Shown: positions 13,401 to 27,069, counted from the stretch's first letter. The stretch is DNA of 64,000 nucleotides from Phaeosaccion multiseriatum (GCA_965112735.1 OZ218951.1:1116001-1180000), one strand, 5' to 3'. The notes: a model not told the origin generated them from the letters alone. A program made the numbers and translations.

Positions 13401-14011
13401 GCTCCTCGTGCTCGTACTCGATACCCTGTGCGGCGCAAGAGGCCGCGCAGCCAGAGGGGGAGGTGCAGGGGGGATCTTCCTCGGCAAAACACTCGAGGCC
13501 TGTCCACCCAGAGGGCACCCGGCGCAGGCACGCAAACTCGGGAATCAAGTCTTCCCTCATTTTCCGGTTGAATTGCGCTCGTGCGTGTCTGAGCTGCGCG
13601 ACTGCATCCATGACATGCTCCTGTGCCTCCTCCTGTGTCTGCTGCTGCGTCTGCTGCTGTTGCTGCTGAGGAGCACCTCTCTCATTCTCCTCATTCCATT
13701 GTTCTGCGGCGAGGGTGGGGGGAATGCGGCAGTGCAAACAAACCCAGAGTTAGAACTGGCAAAGAAGGGTACTGAACATGGACTGGGACCGGCGGGGAGA
13801 GCGCAAGCGGGAAGACCGGGCCAATGTGGAGGCTGTTTTTGACCACCACCCTGCCCAGGGCTCTCTCAAGTTTCTCACCTGTAGACCCCAACGCGGCCGC
13901 TGAAATTTCCGCCAATGCCGCTGACGGCTCGGCTGCAAACGTCTGCTTCACCCCCCTCGCGCACGCCGCCAGTCCTACCCACCCCAAGAGGAGAGAGGGG
14001 CGGCGAGGCAT
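2317..14011 (-). CDS. Large multi-exon membrane protein: signal peptide, Cys-rich ectodomain, Pro/Thr-rich stalk, multi-TM region (possibly TRP/Flc-like), ~950-aa low-complexity tail
   Basis: ATG at 14011 (MPRRPSLLLGWVGLAACARG). I followed phase-consistent GT-AG junctions from the first donor (13878) to the exon starting near 11603, and at 5399/5195; the middle junctions were not all checked. APTLAPT repeats at ~12000-12150. Hydrophobic exons at ~10076-10283, 9611-9950, 8325-8400, 7900-8070, 6630-6700 and 5850-6078. Confidence 0.65.
3467..3478 (-). other. Dispersed motif AGTTGGTGATAC, exact copy (exon, read as VGDT)
   Basis: Plus strand CTGCTGTATCACCAACTGG. Confidence 0.9.
4997..5090. repeat. 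36-bp coding tandem repeat, ~2.6 copies (12-aa unit SSSDPSSHRDRN on the minus strand)
   Basis: GAATTCCTGTCTCGGTGAGAAG starts at 4997, 5033 and 5069. Confidence 0.9.
5808..5819 (+). other. Dispersed motif AGTTGGTGATAC, exact copy (exon, antisense to gene, read as CITNC)
   Basis: Plus strand GAGCAGTTGGTGATACAGCAG. Confidence 0.9.
9364..9375 (-). other. Dispersed motif AGTTGGTGATAC, exact copy (probable exon, read as QLVIR)
   Basis: Plus strand CTGCCGTATCACCAACTGTTG. Confidence 0.9.
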
Positions 14012-14478
14012 CCCTGACCCAAGGGCTCCCAGATAATCCAATTTTTTGGCGTTTGGCGCCGCACAAGCTGACGCTGGAGCAGGTTGCGCGCCGCCTGCTT
14101 GCCGTGGTCTTACCCTCCCTTCTCTGCAGCCCCTTGCCTGGCTGTTTGCTCTGCTTACGTGCGCTGCCTGCCAACAGCAACGCCTTTTAACGCGAGACAC
14201 ATCCTGGGTCCTGGAGAAATATTTTGACAGATTGAATTCGGCTTTTCTTGAGTTTCGTTTTGATGGCCTGGGTGCGTATCTCCACGCAGAACAACAAGAG
14301 CAGAGCAAAGACTAAAAACAGAGCACAGAGCATTAGTAATAAAAGAGCAGAGATACAAAGGTGCCTAGATCCATCCCGACCAACGCCTTGTCGAGCCTCG
14401 CCGCAAAAGGGACAGGGACGAACTAACTCTTCTCCTTGCGGACGGGCCGTGAGACAAGACGTAAAATCAAAGGAGAAA

Positions 14479-15888
14479 ATGCTTCATCTGCGGCGGGGGG
14501 GGCGTGGTATCGACCTCAACCTCCTGCGGCACAGTCGCCTTAGGCGGAGGAGGCCACGACCAGCAGCTACTATCTCATGTTTGAGGAGGCAGTTGACCCA
14601 CCTTCAAGTGGGGCAAGCGGAGGGGGAAGGGGGGCAGGCGGGGGGGCAACAACAAGAGGGGCAGGAGCAGCAGCGGCGTCAGTACCACTACCGGCAGCAA
14701 CGGCAAGAGGAGGAGGAGCGGCGACAATGGGAACGGACGTATGCAATGATGGGTGCGGGGGGCATGTTCTTTGCGGCGGCTGGGCTGTGCGTACTCGACG
14801 CGGCGGAGGGCAAGAAGGAGAGTGAAGGGGGGGTACGGGGCGGGAGAAGAGGAGCAGATTGGAGAGGGAGGGGAAGGGGGTGGGGAGACGGCGGCTGCGT
14901 GCAGTGCGAAGGGAACAGTGCTGTTCGTATGTTCCAACTTGGCGATCGAGGGCAGGGAGGAGTGCAGGCCCAAAAGCACCACAGCATTAAGGATAATTAC
15001 GACATTGGCAAGCCCCTGGGGGAAGGCGCCTACGGCATGGTGTACGAGGCAAGGGCGGTGCACTCGGGGGAGCGCGTGGCGGTGAAGAAGATTAGCAAGA
15101 GCCAGCTGGGGGAGGAGGGCTTTTTACGAGAGCTCAACACGCTCAAACGCATCCACAGAGAGGGGGGTCATCCGAACATTGCGGGGGTGAAGGACTATCA
15201 CGAGGATAACAAGTTCTTCTACGTCATCATGGAGCTGGTGTCCGGGGGGGAGATGTTCGAGCACCTGTGTCAGAATGGGCCTTACTCGGAGGCCAAGGCG
15301 GCGGGCTTCTTGCGGGAGTTGGGGAGGGCCCTCACCTTCTTGCACGGACAGGTGAGAGGGAAGAGAGAGAGGTAGAGGAAGAGGAAGAGGGGAGGGGAGG
15401 GGGGGGGGGGGGGGGGAGGGAGGGAGGGAGGGAGGGGGGCGGAGGGAGGGAGGGAGGGGGGGCAAGGGACGGAGATGACGACATGGATTAACGTCTCTTC
15501 CTCTTCCTCTCCCTCTCTGCAAACCAAATCCAACGTCACTTCCACCGTTCTTGCACGCACACACGCACGGGCACACACTCCTCCTCCTCCTCCTCCTCCT
15601 CCTCTTCCCACCTCCTTCCCTTCCCTGCCTGCCTACCTACCTCCTCCAGAACATTGTCCACGCTGATCTCAAGCCCGAGAACATCATGCTGAGCTCCTGG
15701 GACCTTGACAACTCGTGCCTCAAGGTCAGTTCCAGTGTCACTTCCCCTTCAACACCCACCACCAAGAGGGGATGGATGGGTGGATGGCAGTGGATGGATG
15801 GAGGGCGATGGGTGCATGGATAGATGGATGGAATGCCAATCAAAAGCTGAGACAGACATGTAACCCCCCAACAACCCAACCATGTCAT

Positions 15889-15923
<35 letters not shown>

Positions 15924-18900
15924 AAAAGGTGGTGGACTTTGGCTGCTCCATGAGCAACGGCACCTCCGTGGACATATCCTCAGTGCCGCTGGGCACATGG
16001 GCCTACCTCCCTCCGGAGGCACTTAAGGCAGGGGGGGTGAGTTCGAGGTTCGAGATGTCGCCATCTGTGGATATGTGGGCCGTTGGGGCGATATTGTACG
16101 TCATGCTGAGCGGAGCGCATCCGTTCGACGCTGAGGGTGAGTGGTGAGGGGAGAGGAAGGAGGGAGACAAGAGAGAGAATCTGGGTGCCACCAAGTGGAA
16201 GGACTCGACCTCCAAGCGGTCGCCAGCTGTGACTGAAGCGGCTGGTGATCCAAAGTGTCAGTAATAGCTGTGAGAAGAGATGAGGGTACGGCGATATGTC
16301 TACCTCGTCTCTGTAGATACACAAATAGAACCGACCACAAACACTCCCCTCCCTCCACCCCATCCAACCCCCGAACCCATAAACCAATCAAGCAGGCACT
16401 GCCAAGGATGCTGAAGTGGTGGCACGCATCAAGAGAGGGGATATCCCCATGTCACAACTGGCGGCCGTATCCGACTCCGCCAAGGACCTCATCCTCCGCT
16501 TGATGGCTGTGGACCCCGCTCGCCGCCTGTCTGCCAAGGACATGCTCAATCACCCCTGGGTCAGAGGCGAGACCGCCTCCACTGACATACTGCAGGCACG
16601 TTGGGTTAGGTTAGGTTGGGCTGGACTGGAAGTAAAGTGTCTTCGTGACTTGACTTGGCTTTACTTTACTGTACTCAAATGTCTGTGTGTATCGAAGTAT
16701 GCTCTGACCCCTCCCTCCTCTCTCTCTCTCTCTCTACCTTTCTGCCCGTATGCTTTTTCCCATATACCTGCCCACAGGATAGCGACCAGAAGCTGACTCG
16801 ATTCCAGGGAGTGCTCCGCCAGAAGCTCGAGACGGGCTTTGTCTCTCTCGTGCTCGCCAGCGCCGTCAAAGAGGGGCAATTCTCCAGGGGGTACACGTAC
16901 TCTTTAGACCAGGCGGGTGTGGACGGCGTAGAGGGGGCGTTGGATGTGTTGAAACGTGTGTACTCGGCGTTTGACCGCGACGGGAAGGGCTTCATCAGCG
17001 CCAGGGATATTACAAGAGTGTTGGAGGAGCAAGGCTGTGGGGTGGTGAGCGAGGCGGAGCACGATGCCATGGAGACGGCGTTGGCGAGGAGGAAGAAGAG
17101 GAGAATGAAGAGGAGAAGGAAGGGGAATACTCCTGAGGAGGAGGGGAAGGATGAACAGCAACAGCAGCGACTGGGGCAGGAGGAGGACGAGGAGGAAGGG
17201 GAGGAGGATGAGGGGGAAGAGGGCGGGGAGGGGGAGGAGGAAGAAGACGAGGATAATACGTCGTCCAAGTGGGTGGGTGGGACAGTGGCGTCTTCCTCCG
17301 ATAGTGCCCTCGATGTGCATGAATTCGAAGAGCTCGTCGCCATGCTGAACAACCAACACTACCCAGCCGGCAAGTATGTGTTTCAAGAAGGGGCTTTACC
17401 CGAGGGTCTCTTCTTCATCACAGGGGGAAAGGTGGAGGTGCTGGTGAGGGATGAAAAGGGGCATCAACAGCGGGTGGCCTGTATGGGTCCGGGAGACTTC
17501 TTTGGGGAAGGGGGGTTGGAGAAGAACGTTCCTCGAAGTGTGAGCATCCGCGCCGTGACGCCGTTGGATGCCATCTTCATCAGCAAAGAGAGCTGCGAGC
17601 AGATGTTCCGCGGTACCCAGGTGGCCGAGGCCCTTCGTTCCGTGGCCTTCACCCGGTCCATGGTCCGCACCAAGCGCATTGTAAGAGCGGTGCACTCCAT
17701 CAAACAGATACACTTGATGGAGGGGGAGGTGCTCATTCGGCAGGGGGAGGAGGGCAACAGCCTGTTCACCGTGTGCAGCGGAGAGCTTGACGTCATCAAG
17801 GTCAGTGAGTAGTGAGCGAGTGAGTGAGTGAGTGAGTGAGTGAGTGAGTTGAGTTTGTACTTCAGTGACAGGGGTGAAGGGCGAGAAGATGTGTTGGAGG
17901 GGCTTCCCCCTCCACTGTCTCTCTCTCTCTCTGTGTGTGTGTGTGTCTACTCTGTCTCTTTGTCGCTCTCATCATTTGCGTACTCTGTCCCTGTGATCTG
18001 CTCTGATCTCTGTCCGCCTCCTCTCCGCGTCCTCCTACCTCTCCCTTTCTCTCCCTCACCCTCTCCCTCCCTCCCTCCATCACTCACTCACACTGTCACT
18101 GCACCGCACTGCACTGCCACAGGAGAGCGAGTCCCAGCGCCGCAAGGTGGCCCGCCTCGCCATGGGAAGTTTCTTTGGGGAGATGGCACTGCTCCTCAAG
18201 CAGCCGCGAACCGCCACCGTGTCATGCGGCTCGAAGGAGGGATGCGTCGTGGATGAGATTAAGGGCAACGACTTCCTCAAGCTCGTCATGGCCAAGAGCG
18301 ACCACGTACGTAAGGGGTTAGGCGTAGCCTTATGTAAGGGGTTGGGTTTGTAGTGTGTCACTTACCAGCAGCCAGTGCTTGTTGGAGGTGTCGTGGGTGG
18401 AGCCGGTGGAGTTATCATCTGAAGCTGAGCATCAAGTTATAGGCGGGGGCTGAGGCTTACGCTAAACTGCTCACCCCTCCTTGTCGCGATAGACCAACCC
18501 CACTCGCATGAGGGGTCTCACTGACCGCCTGTCCTGCTGCCCCCTCCTCTCTCTCCCTGCCTCTCTGTCTCTCTATCTGTCTCTCTCTCTCTGTCTCCCT
18601 CGCTCTCTCCCCTCTCTCTCATCTTTTTTTATCTCCCCATTGTCTCCCTCTCTCTCCCCCCCTCTCCGTCTCCCCCCCCCCCCTCTATCTCCCTACCCTC
18701 TTGCCACTGCTATATATACCATACCAAAAAACAGTTCAAGAACGACGTGATGCGCCTGTTGCGTGCCCGTCAGTTCCGCCACGGCATCTACAAGCTCCTC
18801 GTTGAGGCGGGGAGGGGGGCAGGGTCGGGGCAGGACAGCTTCACCATCGACGAGCTCAAGAAGGTGAGTTTGAGCTTGACGGGTTAAGAGTTTCAGTTTA

Positions 18901-19860
18901 GTACACCGCATTCCACCCCCTTCCTATCTAATGCCAAGCGTGATGCTGCCCTCTCTTTCTCTCTCTTTTCTCCTCTATCTCACTTTCGCTCTCCCTTCCT
19001 CCCTCTCTCCCTCCCTGCCTGTCTGCCTGTCTGAGCAAAGGTGTTCGACAGCGTGGCCAGTGGGGGGGAGAAGGGTTACATCACCCTTGACGAGCTCGAG
19101 CAGGCTTTGTCCAGGGTAGACGAGAGCCTCACCGCAGAACAGATCAGGGAGATCATGGCCATATTAGACATGGTAAGTAAGGGGGTTGGTGGGAGAGAGG
19201 GAGGGACCGACGGGAAGGGTTTGGGGGCTGCACGGGGTTTTGTTCTTAAGCCAATGAGAGAGAGGAGAGAGAGAGAGGAGGTGGAATGGGCTTCAGCAGA
19301 CTTCAGCATCTGTCCCCGAGTCTCCTTTGCCTCGGTCGTCATCAGTAACCACCCGCCCCATGGAAGCCGCCATAGATTGCCATATAGATTGGAGACGTCC
19401 TTCGTTCTTTCGTTCTTCGTGTGGCCCATCCGCTCACCACTCACCACTCATCACTCACCACTCCACTCCTCACAGGACTCGAATGGACAAGTGAGCTACG
19501 AAGAGTTTCTTCGCATCATTCTGTGAGTGCCCGGGAGTGAATGCACTAAAGGAGGGAGGGAGGGAGGGAGAGTGAATGCAGAAATGAGGGGGGGAGGGAG
19601 TGAGCGTGTGTGAGAGCGAGGGTACTTCGCTCTCTCACCTGAGCGACCGACACCCTCCGCGCTATGATTACGCCCGTCCTCCCTCTCTCTCTTCTGTCAC
19701 CGACTTTCCCCTCCCCCCTCCCTCCCTCAATCTCTTCTCTCACTGAGTTTCCCCTCCCCCGCCGTCTCTTCCGTCACTACTTTCTCTTCCCCATCCTCTC
19801 TCTTCCTCCGCCCTCAACCGATCCTAACCGTATGCCTCCATCCACAGGTGGGACCCTTGA
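14479..19860 (+). CDS. CAMK-group Ser/Thr kinase fused to EF-hands and two cyclic-nucleotide-binding domains; about 10 exons
   Basis: Kinase motifs GEGAYG, VAVK, HADLKPEN, VDFG, YLPPE and DMWAVG. EF-hand loops FDRDGKGFISARDI and LDM/DSNGQVSYEEF. cNMP motifs GPGDFFGE..VPRSVSIRA and GSFFGEMALL..PRTATV. The stop is at 19860 if the last intron (19523-19847, with a CTAAC branch point) is spliced, otherwise at 19526. Confidence 0.88.
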
Positions 19861-21120
19861 AGGGGCACTACAGCGTGTTGCAATATGCTCTGTACATACA
19901 TAGAGGAGCGAACTGAACTCACTCACTCACTCACTCACTCACTCACTCACTCACTTGGCTGGGCCAGTTGGGACTGGTGAATGAGCTCTGTAGGTGGGGG
20001 GACCCAAGCACTCGGAGGAGCACAGAAAGAGAGAGAGGGGGGGAGAGAGGAAGCGAAGGAGAGAGTACGGAGGACAAAGGGATTGGGATGGACTGATTTG
20101 GAAATATGTCGGTCGGTTGGTAGGTTGGTCGGTTGGTCGGTCGGTGGGTGAGGGAAGGAAGGAGAAGGAGGAAGGCGGGCGGCACTGCACGTGAGCGCCT
20201 TGTCCATCGATCCATCGGTTGTGCCATGCAGTGCCATACAGTGCCATATTGTGTTGTGGAGGGACTCCGAGTCGGGAAGGAGGCCTGTGCCTGACTCGGG
20301 CTGTCATCGATGGCAGCACACACGCCGAGCAGGGCAGAGAGGAAAAGGGCGTGGTGAGGTCGAAGTCGCCTTCAATTCGATCCCCGTCGACATGAGCCGA
20401 GGCGGGGGTGAAGTATTAATTTTGCCGTGTGAAAAGAAAAAAAGAAATGATGTAAACTGTATTGTAGTGGGGAAGGGGGGGGGGGGGGGTGTACAAAGAA
20501 GCTTTACACGAATGCATACATCAAGTCAATTTCGCTTGCTCCGTGAGGGGCGGCTCGCCATTTGCTGCCATCGAGGGGCCCGGGCGTGTAGTCACCACGG
20601 GTTGCCCCCTCTCAGTGCTTCAGCCACCAAGCCTCTCCTCCCTCCCTCCCTCCCTCCCTCCCTCCTCCCCTCCTCTCCTCTCCTTGGGCCTGCTCTCCGC
20701 ACGGCTCCTTCGCAGTTTAGACCACCGCCTTGCAAGGAGTGACTTTTTACTCTTACCAATCTACATACTTTATTCTGATTCTTTCTCATTCCTTCTCTAT
20801 TGTTACTGTACCTGTTGTATTCGACTCTCCTCCCCTCTCGACACGCTCCCCTCCAGCGCGTGTCGCAAGTGGTAACATGAATCCCCTCAACAAGAGCCCA
20901 GGAGCGCCCCCCTCCCCCCCTTCTCCCGGCCTCTTCCTCTTCCAACTTGTTGGCGTCTGCCGTCCATCCAAGAGCGTCCACCCACTGCAATCCATCCACT
21001 GCCATCCACCCACCCATCCATCCACTGCCATCCATCCATCCATCCATTGGATTTTTTCCACTGCTGTCCATCTAAGACCCTAGGACAGAGAGAGCTTTTT
21101 AACCCCATTGTCCTCCCTCT

Positions 21121-21683
21121 CTAACAGAGAGAGTCTTCCTCCCAATTGGCTTGGGTTATGAGTGCTGCCAGAATCCCACGCTCTGTCTCCGCCTCCGAGT
21201 CAATCGCCGCCGGCCCAAGGGGGTTGGCCTGGCTCCTGTCAGGAGGCCTGGTTGTGAGCTGCTCGACGAGTGTTCGGAGCCTCCCCTCATCGATTTCCCC
21301 GCCCTTGGAGGGGGGGGGCAACAGCAAGCCGTAGAAGTTACGCTCGGGGTCGTCGGCCGCATCTTCTTCCTCTTGTTCCTCTCCTCCTCCTCCTCCTCCT
21401 CCTCCTCCTCCTCCTCCTCCTCCTCCTCCTGCCTGTCGCAAAGCATAGGGGTTGACGACGCGGCGGGCTCGCGCGTGGTTGACATCCACTGCCATCCCGT
21501 TCTCATCCACTTTGGCCAGGGTAATGACGCACACAGAGGCCCTGGGGGGGCGTCTTGGCCTCCCGTCACGATCCGGTTCGTCTGTCCAGCCGAAGGCCAC
21601 CTGCAGGGCCTTCTCCACCGCTGTGACAGCATAGAACAGCCCTCGCCCTGCAGAGAGAGCGAGAAAGAGAGGGAGAGACAGAG

Positions 21684-21729
<46 letters not shown>

Positions 21730-24257
21730 GGGGCGATACAAACTTTCTGAGATTATGGTTGCGTTAGTTCCACGAACAGTCCAAGAACGATACACACCCA
21801 ACCGCTTTGCTTTGCCAGCAATGCGTAATGTATCGGGTATTCTCTTCTCTCTACATGCGTATGTGTGTGTGTGCGTGTGTGTAAGTCGGTTGGTAGGTTC
21901 GGGAGGGAGTGGATAGGTACGTAGGTGGGTGTACGTAGGTAGGTGGGTAGGTAGGTAGGTGGGTTGGCCGGTAGGTAGGTGGGTGGGTAGGTCGGTAGGT
22001 ACGTAGGTAGGTACATGTAGGTAAGTAGGTTGGTTTGCGTGCACATGCGATGCCCAACTTCTCACCTTTGAGGACGTAGTGCTTCTTCTCCTGGGACTCT
22101 TCCTCCCTCCTCACCCACAAGTCCTCAAGCTGGGCGTCGAGGACTTGTGCCCCATCGTCTTCGACTTCTCCTTCGCCATACTTCTTCCACTGCTTCTTCA
22201 CATGTTCCTTTGTGATGCTCAAAACGCCGTCCTGGGGGCTGTACTGCCTGAGAATACAGGAAACGTGGCGTGAAGAGGAAAGGAGAGGAGGAGGAGGAGG
22301 AGGAGGAGGAGGAGGAGGAGGAGTGAGAGGGGAGGAGGGAAAGCGAGAGCGAGAACGAAGGGGGACAGAAGCAGCACGCACACACACATACACAAGCACG
22401 CACACCCATGTACTTACTTGATGCCCTTTTCCGACCCGGCGAAGCTGACAACATCACCAAGGGTTTCGTCCGTCACGAGGATGACTTTTTGTTTTTGGCC
22501 GAAGCCGCCTCTCGGGGGATTCTTCCTCACAAAGAAGCCCGTGTGCCTGACAAACAAGAAACGAAATGGAGAATTGGTTGGTCGGGGGTTTCGAGAAGGA
22601 GGGAGGGAGGGCTTCGATGTATGGTTTCAATTTCATAAGGTCACATAAACTGAAAACTGAAAACTGAGCAAGTCGTTCGCCCCCCTCTCCCCCTCTCCCC
22701 CTCTCTCTACACCCTTCCCCTCACCTCTATCATTCGCCCCCCTCTCCCCCCCCTCTCCCCCGTCTCTCTCTACACCCTACTTACTTGAGGAGTTTCTTGA
22801 GGGTGTTCCCCTTCCGCACGTCCACGTACTTCCTTGCGTGCTCTACCGCTCTCTCATACACCGATCGCGCGGTTTCAAAGGGGACTCGCGAGTCGCACCG
22901 CAGCTGTAGGGCATATGGGCAGGCAAGGAAGGCAAGGAGGCGGTGTGGCCAGGCAAGGCAAGGCCAGGGTGGGGTGGGAACGAAGCAGGAGTAGGAGAGG
23001 AGCAGCGCCATCAGCACCAGCACCAGAGCACCAGCACCAGCAAGAGAGTAAGGGTGTCAGTGAGCGAGTTTTCCGTCATCAAAGTATTCAGAAGTGCCTC
23101 CCATCGGTCCGAGTCAAAGGGAGGGGGGAAGGGTGAAGGCCTTCGGTAGTGGACAGCAAGTAGTGCTAGTTTCCTCCCTCCCTCCCTCACTTTCTCCCCT
23201 TTCTCCCCCTTCCCTCTCTCTCTACCTCTCCCCTCCCTCCATCCCTCCCCCCCCCCCCTCCCTGCCTACCTCGTCAAGACTGACGTCCACCATCCCGTTG
23301 TACCCATTCACGTAGATCGGCTTGCCATGGGGCAGTGGAACGGGCTGCAAGTAGGTACCCGCAGCCTAAAACAATCACAGGACCACAGGGAGGGAGGGCG
23401 TGACGAGCAAGTGACTTGTGTAAGCGCGAACATCAGCAACAGAGCGATTGGGCATTCACTATCAGCTCTTCTCAGCTCTCCCTCTCCCCCCCCGCCCGAT
23501 TCGGTCGTATCCTTTGCCCCTGTTCTTCTTCTTTCCCCCTTCATCTCCTCTCCTCTCCTCTCCGCTCCCCTCTCCGCCTCTATAGTCTACCTGTCGGAGC
23601 ATCCTCACGCCCACATCCACGCCTCCTTCGCGTTGAGCCATCTGTTTGAACTGATCGAATACGTCACTAAACCACCCGAACACCGCCTTCTGCCGAGCCA
23701 CAGACAGGCACAACAGCCTGTTCAGGAAAGGCCCCTGTGAGGTGTGATGGAGGTGTGGTGAGGTGGGTGTTAAAAGTGGAGGCCGCAGGAGGGCGTTGAT
23801 ACAGCAACAGCAGCAGCAGTCAGTAATAAATCGGCAGCAGAAGCAGTAACAAAGCAGCAGAAGCAGTAGCAACAGCAGATGGTGATACAACAGGAGCAGC
23901 AAAGGGTTTCCGAATGCTCCAATGGTGAATGTCCATGATGTTGGGCTTTTGATGGTTTCAAATCACTCACTCACCACTTGCCCCATGCGGTGGCCCATCC
24001 TTTTCTTGTCCATGAACATCATGTCAGTGAGGTATAGGCTGCAGCACTCTTTGAAGTCTACGGGCTTCTCATCCTGGAGGGGGAGGTGGAGGGGAAGGGG
24101 GGAGGGATGGACACAGGTGGGCAAGGGGTTTGGGTGGGTGGGCGGGTCAGGACCGAAAAAGGGACGGCCTCCGAGAGAGATGGAAAGAGAGAGGGAGAGA
24201 GAGAGGGAGAGAGAGAGAGGGAGAGAGAGGAGAAGAGGAGAGAGAGAGAGACAGAGA

Positions 24258-24295
<38 letters not shown>

Positions 24296-27069
24296 AGAGA
24301 AAGAGAGAGAAGAGGAGAGAGAGGCAGAGCGAGGCAGAGCGAGGCAGACCGAGGTGGAGGAAAAAGAGACATACAACATAATATAGGAAGCAACGCGGGA
24401 GGCGACGCGCAGCGCTGTGCGACTTACAAAGGTGGGGGCCTCCTTGTATACGGCAGCATTCATGTTCATCTCCCTCTTGGCCATGATGGACGCGCTCAGT
24501 CGGCCGACGTCTCCCTCGGGGATGGGAGGGGGCTCGGCAAGAGTCAACTTGGTAGACTTACCCCTGCGGGGGGGAGAGAGGGAGAGAGAGAGAGGGGGGG
24601 GGGGGGGAAGGAGGGAGGGAGGGAGGGAGGGAGGGAGGGAGGGAGAGAGTGAGTGGGTTGGGGAGGGACGGGGGAGAGAAGGCGAGTGGAGAGAAATGAA
24701 GAGCCGTTGGGGGATGTTGGTCGGCCAAAAGGGTGAGCCATCCCCGCCACTACTCACGCTACTTACGTACTACTCAAGCTACTTAAGTACTACTTATGTA
24801 CTAATCTAAGCTACTTACATTATGTGGGTGCAGTTATCCACGAGATATTGTGCAGCCTTGCCCCCCTCGGGCGTGTCCACATTGAAGACAAAGAAGCCCA
24901 TCTGCTCACCCCCCTCGTGCGCGCCCTTCCTGTTGGCTACCGTTACGGCCCCCAGCAGCACCAGGCGGCTGAGGGGGAGGGGCAATGGATGAGGGGGAGG
25001 GGGAGAGGAGGAGGAGGAGGAGGAGGAGGAGGAGGAGGAGGAGGAGAAGGAGGAGAAGGAGAAGGAGGAGGAGGAGGAGGAGGAGGAGGAGGAGGAGGAG
25101 GAGGAGACAAAGGGTGGAGGAGTCAAAAGGAATGATAGTAAGAGAAAGAACGCGGACACGGCACACGGCAGACGAGAGGCATCACACGACCACCCCCCTA
25201 CCCCCCCCCTTGCCCGCTGCTCCGCGGCTGCTTTGGTTGGCCGAGCGGTTGCTCCCTTACCGAGCTACTGCGCTGGCGAATCTCCTCTCCCCTGCCAGAG
25301 GGGTGACGACGAGCTTGTACAGCGGCGGCGACTGCTGAAAGGCCCTGTGCGTCCTTCCCAGCTGCTGGACTGTCCGGTCCGCCGACCAAGCTAGCTCGAG
25401 GGTGATGTGGCAGCGGCGGCGGTGGCGAGAGCCTTCAAAGGTCTTGCACGAGTGGAGGGAGACTCCCGTTGAAGCGGCGTCGGAGATGATGGCGACTCGC
25501 TTGCGGCCCTGCGATGGGGGGCGGGTGGAGGAGGAAGGGGAAGGAGGAGTGAGGAGGAGGGGGGGGGGGGAGGAGGCTTTGGTGAATAAATTGAGACTTC
25601 ATACGACTAGAACAGCGAGAGAGGAGGGGAGAGATTGAACGAGCAGTACACGATAGATGGGATGGACAGATCGACAGACGGAGAGAAAGAGAGGCAGACC
25701 GTCGACAGACAGCTCGACACACACCACACACAAAGTACCCACCTCCATAAAGGCGAACCTCTCGTCGATGTTGGTCTCTGTTCTCCTCTCCATGACAAAG
25801 GCTCCGTCTTCGGTCTGCACCGTCCGCTGTTTCCGCCCCGTCATCTCTGCCACCGCCTTGGGCCCCCCTAACCCATTGACGAGCCTGTCCAGCGGGTTCT
25901 CCGGCAGGCTAAGCTTCTCAAGCGCCTGCAGAAGCTTGATGAGGCGCTGCTTGCCCCTCGTCCACTGCGTGAGGGGCCCTTCGGTGAGGCTCCGCACGAA
26001 GCGGGCATCCTCCACGAGCTCATTGCCATCGTAATTGCCATCGCCATCACCCGCACCGTCCTTGCCATCCTTGCCATCCTTGCCGGTACCACCACCGTCA
26101 CCCTCACCTTCAGGCCTCTCCTCCTTCTTCGCGCCCTTGACATTGGGTTTCTTCTCATCGCCCCCTCCTACCCCTGCCTCTTTCTCGTCCTCCCCCTGCC
26201 CCTTCCCCTCGTCATCGTCCTCGTCATCTGTGCACAGGTCCAACACATCCTCGTCGTCTTCCTCATCGTTTTCGTCCTCTCCCCCCCCCTTGGTGGCCCT
26301 GCCCGCACTGGGCTCGTCATTAATGCCCGCGAGAAGGTCAGTGTCAGCGTCGACGTCCACCACCGCTGTGCCCGCCTCGACCCCGCTCTCCGTGGAGGTG
26401 TTGAGACTATCGAAACTGTCGTCTGTCAGGTCGACGCACTCCTCGTCGTCGTCCTCATCATCCTCACCACCGTCACTGCCAGCACCCTCCCCCCCTCCTC
26501 CTCGTCCTCCTTCTCCAACTTTGTGCAGCCGCCTCTTCTTCTTGCCCGCTCCCGCCGCCTTGCCCTTGCCGCGGCCCCTCCTGCCCTCTTCTGCGGGCTC
26601 GTAGGTGTCATTCTCCTCGTCGTACTCCTCATCGGGGACAATAAAGTCCCTCATTTCGTCATTGTCAGGGTCCTCAATCTCATCATCCTCCTCCTCACCC
26701 TCGCTCCCCAGCGCCTCCCCACCTCTGCCCCGCTTCCGCCTCCGCCCCCCCGGCCGCAAGCGATTGTCCAAGAGTGAGTTCGTCCCGACGCCCCGTGCAT
26801 CCCACCCTTCCCTTCCTGCCCTGCCCCTGCCCTGCCCTTGGCCCTGCCCATCAGCAGCAGCAGCTACAGCGGCGGCGGCGTTGGCTTCCGCTACCTGCCG
26901 GGCAATGTCCGCGAGCTTTGTGTCGTTCCCTCCGGAACAGTCAATCGAGGGAGGAATGAAGCCCGGCACCTGGAAAAGCCTGCGGACGAGGCGCTCCAGG
27001 CTCTTTTGCGGCGCCGAGATTAAGTCGCTCTGGTTATCTTTCAACTCATCTTCCTCCTCCTCCCCCTCC

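Noticed and set aside
24815-25338. Poly-R/S/G/L ORFs, and the many similar ORFs in the track
   Set aside because: Translations of intronic (GGA)n, (GT)n, (GA)n and (TAG)n microsatellites.
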